The notes under the pieces were generated by a model. It saw only the letters and a list, made by a program, of their open reading frames with translations. It did no database searches and had not been told where the DNA came from. From positions 51,973 through 115,972 of the IMG/VR virus record IMGVR_UViG_3300028392_000038: a DNA stretch of 64,000 nt; one strand, 5' to 3'. Positions 39,901-49,670 of this stretch are shown here, one piece after another (positions within the stretch are counted from its first letter, which is position 1; each line of letters begins with the position of its first letter). The stretch comes from a virus. The translations under genes were made by a program, and so were the position numbers.

Positions 39901-40055
39901 ACAAAATCAGATTCTTTAGAAACTATACCACATAACCCAGCTTGAAATATTGCATTAGTAATACCTTTTTGCTTGCATGCGTTAACTACAAGAGAAATAG
40001 TATTCTTCTTAGTAAGTGATATGTTATTAAAATATTGTTGAGATTTAGATGCCAT
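36987..40055 (-). CDS. tail-associated lysin / baseplate hub: GH19 glycosidase, hub domain, M15-like peptidase
   Basis: KES...DGWTFRGRGFNQLTFRGNY (GH19); SLHGSGLAIDI...WGAEW...EYHHFE (M15); Pro/Thr linkers. Confidence 0.75.
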   Translation of the reverse strand: MASKSQQYFNNISLTKKNTISLVVNACKQKGITNAIFQAGLCGIVSKESDFVPKGEGSYATTSAARIRTIFGKRFKSYTDAQIDVIKTDQKQFFSIVYGDNYGNGAPPTQDGWTFRGRGFNQLTFRGNYQNIGKGLNLDLNAKPELMENLDTAAKALVQYYINSFSSMKATLFSQYGITKGNSSIDTMNSIKDIAAAVRILYQSTAGPGKTEGGKPVALHYEEGIYTGGDGDIVFPKDTLGGFTKARNRAPLFYKLITGGSLPPNPNIPPTPVTPPTTTGVQTATASSPVDTTTTPSNEPVAQESSKGDENEDNPQKIDEVTPGLSNIFPPTIKVEPIKIKHKGESKKFLKEWASDIGTRPFVWYNAYQIDDRDIEYFALYHSGLLPTLTLSFKDSMNLMKDKGFPLDDTKIKIFLSSRTKNIRHILLEFKISNFSVNGDVYTIKGVLNVNGLHLRKFKSYSKKTSFFALQDICKEVGLGFNSNITDSKDQMTWINTGQKVYDFMDEILSYSYISDEGFSYGYIDFFYNFNYVDIEKELSRDASEDKGVDSSGFGKDVTGDDKRVQRISLSNDRSVQETDSYVSEYKILNNSTSVSLEKGYLNVSKYYDSFKKEYLIFDIDSITSEGSKSIIMKGSPQDENFYKENVNTTYVGKLDPDNAHANYNYSYVHNSQNIDDLQKIGIKLTLPSPNYNLYRFQKVVLLLTNKGSSPSAKIKNERISGDWFITEIKFIYSGGSYNQEVSLIKRELEVSKEEFDEEQILAEEAADGAIPPNNQVEKTTNPTDLTNTDAPPLVQPVTSTASTPQPTVVAPKPTEPLKAGKLLVKTKSGLKYIASSGQGVAGHRLIKIVDDLGAYLTSQGFKTKLGNNGICRDLAASLKGGGARAAGSLHGSGLAIDILFGPAYKRDYYVYNKQGVKLNWLGIGDNKNLAADPQLTKAIWTWVKSQGDITWGAEWGGSDPANGVVKGHGVVEYHHFEIKKSLIPNYWSPFNSELSNLGFNAKDLITTTELGKLYTKLDSTA

Positions 40056-40079
40056 TAATTATATATAATTTTAGATAGG

Positions 40080-40574
40080 TTATGATGGAAGTAAGCCACC
40101 ACCTATAACAATATCTGGGCCAGTAATACTAACAGCATTGGTCGGTGTTGATAACACGGTTGGTGGTAATGAATAATTCTGTTCAAGATAGTTCTTTCTA
40201 TTATTATCTTTTCTAGTAGATTTATTTCTATTTAGTAGTCTTTGAACTACTTGTTTTTGTGTTTCTTCTACTCTGAATAAATTGATATCATCTTTTCCCG
40301 GATATTTAATAATATCTCCGTTTTTGATATTCAATGGGTTATCAATTCTATTAACATTTAATAAAATATCAACATATTCAGTAGTGCCATATATTCTATA
40401 ACAAAGAATATCTATTCTCATCTCTTCATCTGGTTGAACATACCAATAATTAAGATTAACATCTCTTCTACTAATAAAAGTACTTTGAGTTAGATCAAAA
40501 AAATACTCTTGACCTAATTCCTTGTCTAACTTTTGTTTGACTCTTCTTACATTATCTAAATCATAAATTTTCAT
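40080..40574 (-). CDS. baseplate wedge protein (gp53/LysM-like)
   Basis: YVQPDEEMRIDILCYRIYG...ILLNVNRIDNPLNIKNGDIIKYP. Confidence 0.75.
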   Translation of the reverse strand: MKIYDLDNVRRVKQKLDKELGQEYFFDLTQSTFISRRDVNLNYWYVQPDEEMRIDILCYRIYGTTEYVDILLNVNRIDNPLNIKNGDIIKYPGKDDINLFRVEETQKQVVQRLLNRNKSTRKDNNRKNYLEQNYSLPPTVLSTPTNAVSITGPDIVIGGGLLPS

Positions 40575-40591
40575 GTTATAAAATTATTTTA

Positions 40592-42619
40592 TTAAACAAG
40601 ACCTTCATCTTCTCTATTTTGTAACTCACTATTAATAGAAGCTTTTTCTTCTGTAAGAGATGTATATTTTGGATTTATTGTCGAGTATTGATATGTTGAT
40701 CCAAAAGCATTAGTTCCTTTGTTAGTAACAGTCTCAGATGTGTTTTTCAATTCATCATCTATTTTATTATTTCTATATTTTAAATCTTCATTAGAAGCTG
40801 CCCTTATTTGAGAATCTGTTAATGGTTTTGACTGACCTGTTTTACCAACATCAGGTAGACCACCAGTAGTGGGAACATTACCTTGTAGTTGAGGACCAAT
40901 AACTGGATTTGGTTTAACATCATTAACAGCTGGTGTAGCAGGAGTACTTAACTCATTTGTATTTTTAACTTTATCTGGATCAATTTTAGAATTAGTATTT
41001 GATTCTTGACCAGAACCAACTGCAAATGTTTGATTAGATTGAGTTCCACCGGTATTTTGTGTTCCATCTGCAGTACTACCAGCATCAGCAGGTCCACCAA
41101 TTGGTGTATTATCAGATGATTGTGTTGATCCTGGAGGGGCAGGTGCTGTGTTATCAAGAGCAGCTGGTGTAAAATCTCCACCAGCAGTTTCCTGCCATGA
41201 TGAAGGACCAGCTTTATAAGATCTTCCTTGACCTTGTGCAAATCTAGCCATTATTTCTTGAAGGCCTAGTGGTCTAGCATTGGTCATAGTAAACTCAGCA
41301 GTTATTCTAGATGGTAAATCATTGAATGCTAATGTTTCTCCAAATTTTATAGTTACTTCCTTCACAATCATATCACCTGAACAAAAAAGAGGTCTTTTAG
41401 GATTGCCTATAGTAACATGATATGTACCAGATGATTGACCAGTTAAAGCATTTATAATACCAAATATTCTAACCTCAAATTTCTTAACAATTCCAGTAAT
41501 CACAGATAGTAGAGAATTGATAAATTTATCAAAAATAGCACCACCATCAGGTTCCTCACTTTTTTCTGCATCATCTGTATCTTTTTTCTTACCAAGACCT
41601 AAAGCATCTAAAATAGTATTTTTTATTGCTTTTAGAGCTTTTACCGCGCCTTCTATTAAATCTGATATAGCTTGTTTCGGGTTATTTTTCATTTTTGTTA
41701 AAAACTCCTTAGCTTTTGTGCCAGCTTTTTCACCACCATTTAAAAAAAATACAGATTCTTGTGTACCAAATTTAGCAATATTACCTATAATATCATAAAA
41801 TGCTTTAGTTGGATCTAACCCACCTATAAATTTTTGCTCATACTCAGCTACAACTTTTACTGATATAGAGCATTGTAAACCAGATCCAGTTTCATCATCA
41901 GCAATTGTTTTTCTCATCATAGCTTCTTTAATTAAATTTGGACTACCAGAAGGTATTGTATCAGCTCCTTTTTCATCAATAAGTCCAATATCTTTCATAA
42001 TCTGTCTTTGCCATATTTCAGTAAATCCAGGAAGTGGAGTAATACCAAATCCACCAGCCGCGGCATCACCAGTACCACTTAGTCTAAATTGATCACCTAT
42101 ATCACTTAAAACTTTTTTAAATCCACTTTCTGCTGCTACCCATTCTTCACCAAATGATATATCAAAAAAATCTTCTCCTGGTTTTCTCCAAGTAACTATA
42201 GTAGAAACTGGAGTGGTTGCTTTAGATAAATCATTACCTACGGCAGCACCAAACTTTCTACAAACTATAAGTCTGTTGTTTGGATAAACGCCTAAAAATC
42301 TTAAATAAGCAAAATCCGCAGCTTTTAATTGTACATTAGTTAGTGAATTTTTTGACCAATCAATTATTGATTGTGTTCTAACATCATATATGTCATTAGT
42401 ATGTGGTTTTGGATCTACTTCTGATATTTGCTTTTCAAATTGACCATCTTCCGAATCTGGTTTGATTGGAAAATAAGCAACAGAATCACTACCATACATT
42501 GAATTTTCGTAATTAGTATTAGACTCAGGTTCACTTTTTTTTGAAATTCTATTATATTGAGTAGTTGCCTTATTCTTTTTAAAGTTAGGACTTGATACTA
42601 ATCCAAGAGGTGATGACAT
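40592..42619 (-). CDS. putative baseplate/tail-tube-associated protein
   Basis: HVTIGNPKRPLFCSGDMIVKEVTIKFG...DLPS; position in the baseplate cluster. Confidence 0.5.
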   Translation of the reverse strand: MSSPLGLVSSPNFKKNKATTQYNRISKKSEPESNTNYENSMYGSDSVAYFPIKPDSEDGQFEKQISEVDPKPHTNDIYDVRTQSIIDWSKNSLTNVQLKAADFAYLRFLGVYPNNRLIVCRKFGAAVGNDLSKATTPVSTIVTWRKPGEDFFDISFGEEWVAAESGFKKVLSDIGDQFRLSGTGDAAAGGFGITPLPGFTEIWQRQIMKDIGLIDEKGADTIPSGSPNLIKEAMMRKTIADDETGSGLQCSISVKVVAEYEQKFIGGLDPTKAFYDIIGNIAKFGTQESVFFLNGGEKAGTKAKEFLTKMKNNPKQAISDLIEGAVKALKAIKNTILDALGLGKKKDTDDAEKSEEPDGGAIFDKFINSLLSVITGIVKKFEVRIFGIINALTGQSSGTYHVTIGNPKRPLFCSGDMIVKEVTIKFGETLAFNDLPSRITAEFTMTNARPLGLQEIMARFAQGQGRSYKAGPSSWQETAGGDFTPAALDNTAPAPPGSTQSSDNTPIGGPADAGSTADGTQNTGGTQSNQTFAVGSGQESNTNSKIDPDKVKNTNELSTPATPAVNDVKPNPVIGPQLQGNVPTTGGLPDVGKTGQSKPLTDSQIRAASNEDLKYRNNKIDDELKNTSETVTNKGTNAFGSTYQYSTINPKYTSLTEEKASINSELQNREDEGLV

Positions 42620-42685
42620 TATATTAATTAATTTTTATTATATATTAATTAATTATTAATCTCTATTAAATCTTATGTCTGATTA

Positions 42686-43075
42686 TTAATAATCACGAAT
42701 AATTTGAGAATTACTGAACTTAGATAAGTTACCAAATACATCATCTATGTATTCTGGATTTTTTCTAAATTCATTATAAAATATCAAAACATTGAAGTTA
42801 TTTTGACCGAGGATTTTTTTAAGGTTGAGAAGTTTTTCTATTGAGAATTCATTATCAAAGTCAGGTATGTAATAAATATCTTTCTTTTTATCTATGGCTT
42901 GTTGTATCTTTTGGAATATTAAAATCTTAAGATATGTTCTATCATTGGAAAAGTCTACCTGTTCCTCGTCTATAATCTTTTTAATATCAATTATATACTT
43001 ATTCTTTACTCTATTAATTTTGATATACTTATCAAACTTCTTTCTTGTTTTGCAATAGACGCAGAAAAACTCCAT
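42686..43075 (-). CDS. hypothetical protein
   Basis: Probable start MEFFCVYCK. Confidence 0.6.
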   Translation of the reverse strand: MEFFCVYCKTRKKFDKYIKINRVKNKYIIDIKKIIDEEQVDFSNDRTYLKILIFQKIQQAIDKKKDIYYIPDFDNEFSIEKLLNLKKILGQNNFNVLIFYNEFRKNPEYIDDVFGNLSKFSNSQIIRDY

Positions 43076-43184
43076 TAATACCCATATTTTTTGTATAATT
43101 AAAAATATATATAAAAATAAAATCTTCTCCTGGACATTTTTATTATAATTTGATTTTGATAAAAGGATTTTAATATATACAAAC

Positions 43185-44564
43185 ATGAAGAAGTACTCAG
43201 ATAAGTTTTTAAACCAAACAAATAAATTAAAGAAAGCAAAGGTTGGCTTTGAGTTTGAATTTTATATGAAAGATATATCTTTCTATAAGACTTTAGAATT
43301 ATTAAACCAAGAACTAAGTCCTGTTAAAGTTTGGGGTTTCAGACAATATCACTCTGATTTCACTCCAGATGAAAAGAATTTCAAAATTGAACCAGATTTA
43401 TCAGGTGGATCTAACATGGTTGAATTAGTTACTGGTCCATTAGATTATTATGATGCTAAATATTATTTAATTAAAATAGTTAAATTTATTCAAAATTATG
43501 GATACACAAATGAAAAATCATCTGTGCATTTTAACTTATCATTCAATGGTGATAAAAATCTTAATGACTTAAACACTCTTAAATTAATATTAAACACTGA
43601 TGAAGATGAAATCTATAGAGTTTATCCATCTAGAAAAGATAATGTTTACGCAAAATCTGTTAAGAAAATGATACCATTCAAAGAATATGATTTCTTTAAT
43701 ATATCAATTGATGTTGTTAAAAATAATTTAAGATTACCAAATGATAAGTATTATGGTATAAACTTCTTACACATTAACAATGAAAAAGAATCTCAAAGAT
43801 TAGAGTTAAGATATATTGGCGGTAAAGATTATGAAAAGAATATTGGTAACTTAATTTATTTTATGGATAGATTTATTATCAATGTTTATGATTCAATCGA
43901 TGTGTCATTCAACTCAGAAGATATTATTAAATTAGAAGAACACTTAGAAAAAAATATTTCTCAGTTTAAAAATATTTCTAAGTATGATAACTTTATAGTA
44001 GATTTCCCAACTATTCAAATTCAAATAGATCAAAATAATAATTATGATATGGTATCTGCTTACTATAATAAAATATTTAATAAGATATTTAATTTAGTAG
44101 ATGGGTGTGATAATCTAACTGAATGTATAATAAACTATGTAACAGCTACACAAGTTATGGAAGTAGTTGATGCAACTATTAAAACAACTTCAATAATTAA
44201 AAATTATGACTTATTAAATTGTAGAGCAGAAGGAATATTTGAAGACTGTTTATTAGTTGGAACTGAAATAACAAACTCACAATTAACTAAATGTAAATTA
44301 CAATATGCTGAGGCAACTAAAACTAAAGTTTTAAATTGTAAAGTAGAAGGAAGTCAACTAACTGATTGTTACTTCCAAGATGGGTATTTAAATGGTGATA
44401 TGTTTGGTGGAGTTTACCGTTCTGGTAAATTAGGACCTTATGCTACTATGGATTCAGATGTTAAAGTTGTTACTGATTCAGAAAACTTCTTTGCTACTAA
44501 GTATGAGGAAGAAGATCAGAAAGGAACTGATAAAGGAGTAATGAAAAACTACGGTAAAAAGTAA
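43185..44564 (+). CDS. putative amidoligase (COOH-NH2 ligase type 2) with beta-helix-like C-terminus
   Basis: VGFEFEF, IEPDLS, VELVTGP, SVHFNLS, KYYGINF, LELRY. Confidence 0.7.
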   Translation: MKKYSDKFLNQTNKLKKAKVGFEFEFYMKDISFYKTLELLNQELSPVKVWGFRQYHSDFTPDEKNFKIEPDLSGGSNMVELVTGPLDYYDAKYYLIKIVKFIQNYGYTNEKSSVHFNLSFNGDKNLNDLNTLKLILNTDEDEIYRVYPSRKDNVYAKSVKKMIPFKEYDFFNISIDVVKNNLRLPNDKYYGINFLHINNEKESQRLELRYIGGKDYEKNIGNLIYFMDRFIINVYDSIDVSFNSEDIIKLEEHLEKNISQFKNISKYDNFIVDFPTIQIQIDQNNNYDMVSAYYNKIFNKIFNLVDGCDNLTECIINYVTATQVMEVVDATIKTTSIIKNYDLLNCRAEGIFEDCLLVGTEITNSQLTKCKLQYAEATKTKVLNCKVEGSQLTDCYFQDGYLNGDMFGGVYRSGKLGPYATMDSDVKVVTDSENFFATKYEEEDQKGTDKGVMKNYGKK

Positions 44565-44956
44565 TGAAACATCTTAAAAAATTCTTTGAGAACCAAGAAG
44601 AAGATTATATTAAATACTATGGTCTTTATCCAGAGGATATTAAAGATATGTTTATTGACTTAGTAGATGATGGTTGGATGATCAATGTAGATTTTAAGAA
44701 AAAGTTATTTAGTCATTTAGTTGATAAAGATATAACATTAAAACTTCAACCAGTTATAGAAGTTAAAATTAAAAAGAACCTTTTTGGATTCATGACAAGA
44801 AGTGAGATAGAAAGTGAATTACATAAATTAGTACAATCTGAAGAAATGAAAGAAATTATTGATGTAGCTAGTAGTAGACTAAAAGACTATGGTTTATTCA
44901 TCAGTATGTATAATATGGAATTAGACTACTTAAAAATATTGATTTATAAAATATAA
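44564..44956 (+). CDS. hypothetical protein with N-terminal tag
   Basis: MKHLKKFFEN. Confidence 0.7.
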   Translation: MKHLKKFFENQEEDYIKYYGLYPEDIKDMFIDLVDDGWMINVDFKKKLFSHLVDKDITLKLQPVIEVKIKKNLFGFMTRSEIESELHKLVQSEEMKEIIDVASSRLKDYGLFISMYNMELDYLKILIYKI

Positions 44957-44967
44957 TATATACCATT

Positions 44968-46596
44968 GTGATAATTAAGAAATTTAACGATTGGTCGCCT
45001 GTTAATGAAGAGGCATCTCCTAGACTCCCAGTTAGTGAAGAGTTCTGGACTAGAAAAGGCAAAAGTAAGAAAGTTGCCTTATATACTCATGATGATATGG
45101 ATGGAATATTCTGTGCTATTGAGATGAAAAAGTGGTTACTTAACAAAGGTTTCACAATTGAAAAATACGGTATTCTTAATTATTCAGAAGGTTGGAAATA
45201 TACAACTTTAGACCCTACCCTAATTAATATAGTATTAGACTTTGCAAATATGCCTGGTGATGAAAGAGATGAACAGATTGATTATTATTTAGATCATCAT
45301 GGTTTATTCTCAGCAGAAGATTTAGAAAAATATAAAAGTTCTCCAGTTCAAAAGAAAAAAACAAACTCAGCTTATGAAGCAGTTTGTCAAGCACTGGGAG
45401 TACCACAAGATGAATTAACTTTATCAGTTATTGATATGATTGACTCAGCTAGATATCAAGATTATGGTGTTAGTTGGCAAAGACTACTTGACTTTAATTT
45501 ATCAGATATTAAGAAGTCAGACAAAACAAGATTAGAATTTGGAGCGGCTTTCAATCAATTCTTAAAAAGAGGAGATACTAAGACTTTGATATCTGTTATT
45601 CACAATTGTAAAGACGCTTCTATCTATTCAATATTCAATACAATGAAACAAGTTTATGGTGAGCATAATGTTCATACTGGTTATAGAAAAGGACAACCTA
45701 AAGATTTTGAAGAAGATTCAAGATGGAGATTGGCTACAATGCAACAAAGAACTAGAGGAAAAGGAACTAAAAAGATTTATAACACTCAAGAAGAATTCTT
45801 AAAGGATTTTCAATTTGGTGGATTAATAAGATTAGATGGTTATGTTTTAATTGGTGAATTAGCTTTCATACCAACAGGAACTTGGGCAAATGCTTTAAGA
45901 GCAAGAACAATCATTGAAAAGGATTTCAATGATGGTTTAATATCTAAAGAACCTAAATTTATATTATTACAATATGGTGGAACTCTACAAGTATGTTCTT
46001 ATAAAAAGATAGCTGAAACAGAAGAACTTCCTACATTAAAAGGTGGTGGATTTGTTGATGATTTAGGTAAGTATATGACCGGTCTACTAGATAATTTCAA
46101 ATTACATTTAGGATATTATGATCCAGATACATCAATTGGGCAAGATGAAATAACTGTTTCTGGTGGACACGGTGGTATTGGTTCTATCTCTAATGTATTT
46201 GGAACTTGTGATGTTGATCCATATAAAGGATTTAGATTTATTGATATTTTCAAAAATAAGATTATCTCAGATTTATCAGGGGTTAAATTAAATATGGGGT
46301 TAAAATGGAGTGAACCATCAGAAGGAAAACAAACTGAACCAGCTGTTGATAACAAAGTTATACCAACTGAAAATGTAACTAAACTTGATAAATATGGTAA
46401 AGCTATTAAGACCGAAGAAAGCTATGAATATCAATTAGTTAATAAAGAAGGTAGACCAACTACAGTTTCTAAAGAAGATTTTATAAAAGCAGGATCTACT
46501 AAAGCAATGAAAACTGATAGAAAATCTTTAATGACTATTGATCACAATAATAAGAAAGTGATTGCTAAGTTTGAAGGTTTTAAGTATAAAGGTTAA
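44968..46596 (+). CDS. DHH-family phosphoesterase with N- and C-terminal tags
   Basis: THDDMDG, VLDF, LDHH, SGGHGG; N-terminus MIIKKFNDW..VNE; C-terminus AKFEGFKYKG. Confidence 0.75.
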   Translation: MIIKKFNDWSPVNEEASPRLPVSEEFWTRKGKSKKVALYTHDDMDGIFCAIEMKKWLLNKGFTIEKYGILNYSEGWKYTTLDPTLINIVLDFANMPGDERDEQIDYYLDHHGLFSAEDLEKYKSSPVQKKKTNSAYEAVCQALGVPQDELTLSVIDMIDSARYQDYGVSWQRLLDFNLSDIKKSDKTRLEFGAAFNQFLKRGDTKTLISVIHNCKDASIYSIFNTMKQVYGEHNVHTGYRKGQPKDFEEDSRWRLATMQQRTRGKGTKKIYNTQEEFLKDFQFGGLIRLDGYVLIGELAFIPTGTWANALRARTIIEKDFNDGLISKEPKFILLQYGGTLQVCSYKKIAETEELPTLKGGGFVDDLGKYMTGLLDNFKLHLGYYDPDTSIGQDEITVSGGHGGIGSISNVFGTCDVDPYKGFRFIDIFKNKIISDLSGVKLNMGLKWSEPSEGKQTEPAVDNKVIPTENVTKLDKYGKAIKTEESYEYQLVNKEGRPTTVSKEDFIKAGSTKAMKTDRKSLMTIDHNNKKVIAKFEGFKYKG

Positions 46597-46985
46597 TTGA
46601 TAATTGTTATATCAACTTTAGTTTCTGGAATTATTCTCCCTTCTAATATAGAATCTATTTTTAAATCTCTAGCGATTTGTTTATTATAATAAACCGATAT
46701 TTGATCAGGAGACATATGCATGTCTAAATAGCATTCATATCCAAAGATAGTTCCAACATTCCATAAACCATCAGGTTCCGATTCTTTTATTTTTCTATTT
46801 AAAAATGCGGGGTGGTGTTCAAGTATATTATAAACAGTCATTGGAATAATCATATAATTATATTTAATCTCACAAGACTCATTTAACTTATTTATATCTT
46901 TCATTATATACCCAGCCTTCATTCTGTCTAAATCATATAAACTATCTACCTGACCTAATGGCATTCTACTTAAATCAATTTCCAT
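46593..46985 (-). CDS. hypothetical protein with RDLKIDSIL tag
   Basis: 130-aa ORF. Confidence 0.65.
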   Translation of the reverse strand: MEIDLSRMPLGQVDSLYDLDRMKAGYIMKDINKLNESCEIKYNYMIIPMTVYNILEHHPAFLNRKIKESEPDGLWNVGTIFGYECYLDMHMSPDQISVYYNKQIARDLKIDSILEGRIIPETKVDITIIN

Positions 46986-47697
46986 CTAATATCTGATTAA
47001 TTTTATCTTGTCTTATTTTAGAAACATTTTTTATAATAATTTTATATGAGTTATAATTACAATCATATAATTTATAATCTAAAGTATGCAACCATTCAAT
47101 TTCATTATATGGTTTATCACCATTAATTTCATTTTGAGGTATTATTTTATAATCCATATTTTGTACGGAATAAACAAGACTTTGAAATGATTTATCAGTT
47201 ACATATAAAACAGATTCACCATCTTCTTCTTCTATTAGCGGAGAATAAAAAATATCTAAATGTAATCCAATAAATCTCTCTATATTATAGAAGTATCCAG
47301 GAAATGCTCTGTTTATTTCTGGTTTTTTAGTAATTCCAAATAGTTTAGATCCTTTTTTAGATGCAAAAATATAAAGAGGTTTAATACCCATCTCAGTTAA
47401 CTTATCTAAAATATTCCCACCAAAAACTGTACTCTTTGTAATAGACTCTTCAGGAATTATGATTTCTTTAGACTTGGAAATCATGTTTTTAATACTCTCA
47501 TTATATATCTTAATAATAGTGGTAATAATGAAAGTGGGTGATGTGAGAGGTGTTGTTTTTATTTCTGAGTAAGATTCATCAGTTGATGAAATAGCATCAC
47601 CATCATATAGATATGTAATTCCCATTAGATTTAACTCTAATGTTTTTTTATACTCATTAAAAGATTCTCTCACATATATTGGTATAATAATAATCAT
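46975..47697 (-). CDS. hypothetical protein with C-terminal RQDKINQIL tag
   Basis: 240-aa ORF. Confidence 0.65.
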   Translation of the reverse strand: MIIIIPIYVRESFNEYKKTLELNLMGITYLYDGDAISSTDESYSEIKTTPLTSPTFIITTIIKIYNESIKNMISKSKEIIIPEESITKSTVFGGNILDKLTEMGIKPLYIFASKKGSKLFGITKKPEINRAFPGYFYNIERFIGLHLDIFYSPLIEEEDGESVLYVTDKSFQSLVYSVQNMDYKIIPQNEINGDKPYNEIEWLHTLDYKLYDCNYNSYKIIIKNVSKIRQDKINQILDGN

Positions 47698-47718
47698 AAA
47701 AAGTTTAATATATAGAAT

Positions 47719-48312
47719 ATGAAATACATTAAAATCTTTGAAGACTTCAATCCTAATCTAATTAACACAGTTGAAGAATTAACAAATAAACTCAAAGAAT
47801 ATTCTATCCCGGTTGAAGAGTGGGGAACCGGAGAAGCAAAAAATGTTGAGCATCTTTTAGATGAAATAAGAGGTGAAGAATGTAATTTAGAAGATAGAGG
47901 TGGATATTTGATTAGAAGTATCGAATTTGTTGGAGTTAGAATATATCATAAAGATAAAGATAATGTAACCTGGGTCTTAAAAGAAGATAAACAAGAGTTT
48001 AAAGATGGTAGGGTTAGAAGAAGAAATATGCCATCATCTGTTTCTGAAAAGATGAAATTTGGAGAAGATTCACTAATATCAGCAATAAGAGGAATAAAAG
48101 AAGAGTTGGGTATTAATGTAGAAGGACATCAATTAATAAAAATGAGAGACTTATTTTATAATGGCGGGTCTCAATCATATCCTGGTTTAAGAACAAGATA
48201 TAAAGGACATCAATTTACTTGCTTACTAGATACTGATCAATTTAATATGAATGGTTATATAGAAGTTCAAAAAGATAAAAGCACATTCTTTAAATGGTTT
48301 AAGAAAGATTAA
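47719..48312 (+). CDS. Nudix-like hydrolase with N-terminal tag
   Basis: EKMKFGEDSLISAIRGIKEELGI (degenerate Nudix box); MKYIKIFEDF. Confidence 0.6.
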   Translation: MKYIKIFEDFNPNLINTVEELTNKLKEYSIPVEEWGTGEAKNVEHLLDEIRGEECNLEDRGGYLIRSIEFVGVRIYHKDKDNVTWVLKEDKQEFKDGRVRRRNMPSSVSEKMKFGEDSLISAIRGIKEELGINVEGHQLIKMRDLFYNGGSQSYPGLRTRYKGHQFTCLLDTDQFNMNGYIEVQKDKSTFFKWFKKD

Positions 48313-48356
48313 ACTTTTTAATTTATAGTTATATAAATTAAAAATATAGATTAATC

Positions 48357-48779
48357 ATGATTATAAAAGGAAGTACCGTGGGTGTTCACTACACTGGTAA
48401 ACTAACAACAGGAGAGGTTTTTGATTCCTCAGAAGGCAGAGAACCTTTGAAATTTCAAGTAGGTTCAGGTCAAATAATTCCTGGATTTGAAGAAGCGGTA
48501 CTTGGTAAACAACCAGGTGATAAAGTAACTATAAACATTCAACCGGAAAATGCATATGGTGAAGTTAGAGAAGATCTTTTTGTTAAAGTACCTTTGGATA
48601 AAATGCCAGGTGAAGTTCAAGTAGGTCAATCATTACAAGCTGTTGGTGCTGATAACAGACCAGTACAGGTTGTTGTGAAAGAAGTTAATGAAGACCATAT
48701 TGTAATAGATGGTAATCATCCATTAGCTGGTAAAGAATTAGTATTTGATATTGAAGTTGTTGATGTTCAATTCGCATAA
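48357..48779 (+). CDS. FKBP-type peptidyl-prolyl isomerase (SlyD/FkpB-like, no His tail)
   Basis: VHYTGKL...FDSS..REPL.F.VG.GQIIPGFEEA...DGNHPLAGKELVFDIEV. Confidence 0.93.
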   Translation: MIIKGSTVGVHYTGKLTTGEVFDSSEGREPLKFQVGSGQIIPGFEEAVLGKQPGDKVTINIQPENAYGEVREDLFVKVPLDKMPGEVQVGQSLQAVGADNRPVQVVVKEVNEDHIVIDGNHPLAGKELVFDIEVVDVQFA

Positions 48780-48800
48780 TTTTTATACAATTAAAAAATT

Positions 48801-48832
48801 AAAACCCATTAGATTAGTCTGATGGGTTTTTT
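48801..48832 (+). terminator. intrinsic terminator
   Basis: AAAACCCATTAGA/TCTGATGGGTTTT. Confidence 0.75.
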
Positions 48833-48846
48833 ATTATATATAACTT

Positions 48847-49383
48847 ATGTCAAGAAAATCATCAATCAAAAAGATTAAGAGAAATAACTCTCAATCTAAA
48901 AATATAGAAGCCGCTCTTTCTATGCATCTATATGAGAAACAACATTCACCAATCACAACAAGATTTACAGGATATGGTTTATCAGAATGTGATGTTATAT
49001 CAATTAGTAAATCGGATTATATCTATGAATATGAAGTTAAGATTTCAAGATCTGATTTTAAAGCAGATTTCAATAAAGAAAAGCATAAACTAATGTTAGA
49101 AAGAAAATGCACAAAAGAAAGAATGATTAAAGAGAATAATCAAATGATTAAAGATACTTTATATCTAACATCAAATTACTTTCATTTTGTTACTCCAACT
49201 GGATTAGTTAGTATAGATGAGATACCGGAATATGCTGGTTTAATTTATATGGATGAAAATTTGAATTTTGAAATAATAAAAAAGGCTCCTCTTTTACACA
49301 AAGAAAAAGCCAGTTATAATTTCATCAGACAATTATCACATAACTTAACTTGTAAGTTAGTGTTCAATAAAGTTACTACTTAG
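48847..49383 (+). CDS. PD-(D/E)XK nuclease-like (MmcB-like) protein
   Basis: ECDVI...YEYEVKISRSDFKAD...NYFHFVTP...IPEYAGL. Confidence 0.7.
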   Translation: MSRKSSIKKIKRNNSQSKNIEAALSMHLYEKQHSPITTRFTGYGLSECDVISISKSDYIYEYEVKISRSDFKADFNKEKHKLMLERKCTKERMIKENNQMIKDTLYLTSNYFHFVTPTGLVSIDEIPEYAGLIYMDENLNFEIIKKAPLLHKEKASYNFIRQLSHNLTCKLVFNKVTT

Positions 49384-49670
49384 GATTCTAAATTGTTATT
49401 AAATATAATATCAGAGCATTGAAATTCTGTTTTTAACATCTCAACAACTGATGTGTTATTTTTCAAAGTATTATATTCTTTATTCATAGAAGGTAGATTT
49501 ATATTATCATCACATCTACATCCATTTATATATCTATCAGCTATATACATAAACATATTAATATTTGGTCTATTGTGATAAAACTCTTCTTTATTCTTAA
49601 GTAAAGTCCATAGATGTACGGGTGAGTTAATCACCATTGTTCTAGATATTTGTGCTTTATTGATAGACAT
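49380..49670 (-). CDS. hypothetical protein
   Basis: 96-aa ORF. Confidence 0.55.
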   Translation of the reverse strand: MSINKAQISRTMVINSPVHLWTLLKNKEEFYHNRPNINMFMYIADRYINGCRCDDNINLPSMNKEYNTLKNNTSVVEMLKTEFQCSDIIFNNNLES

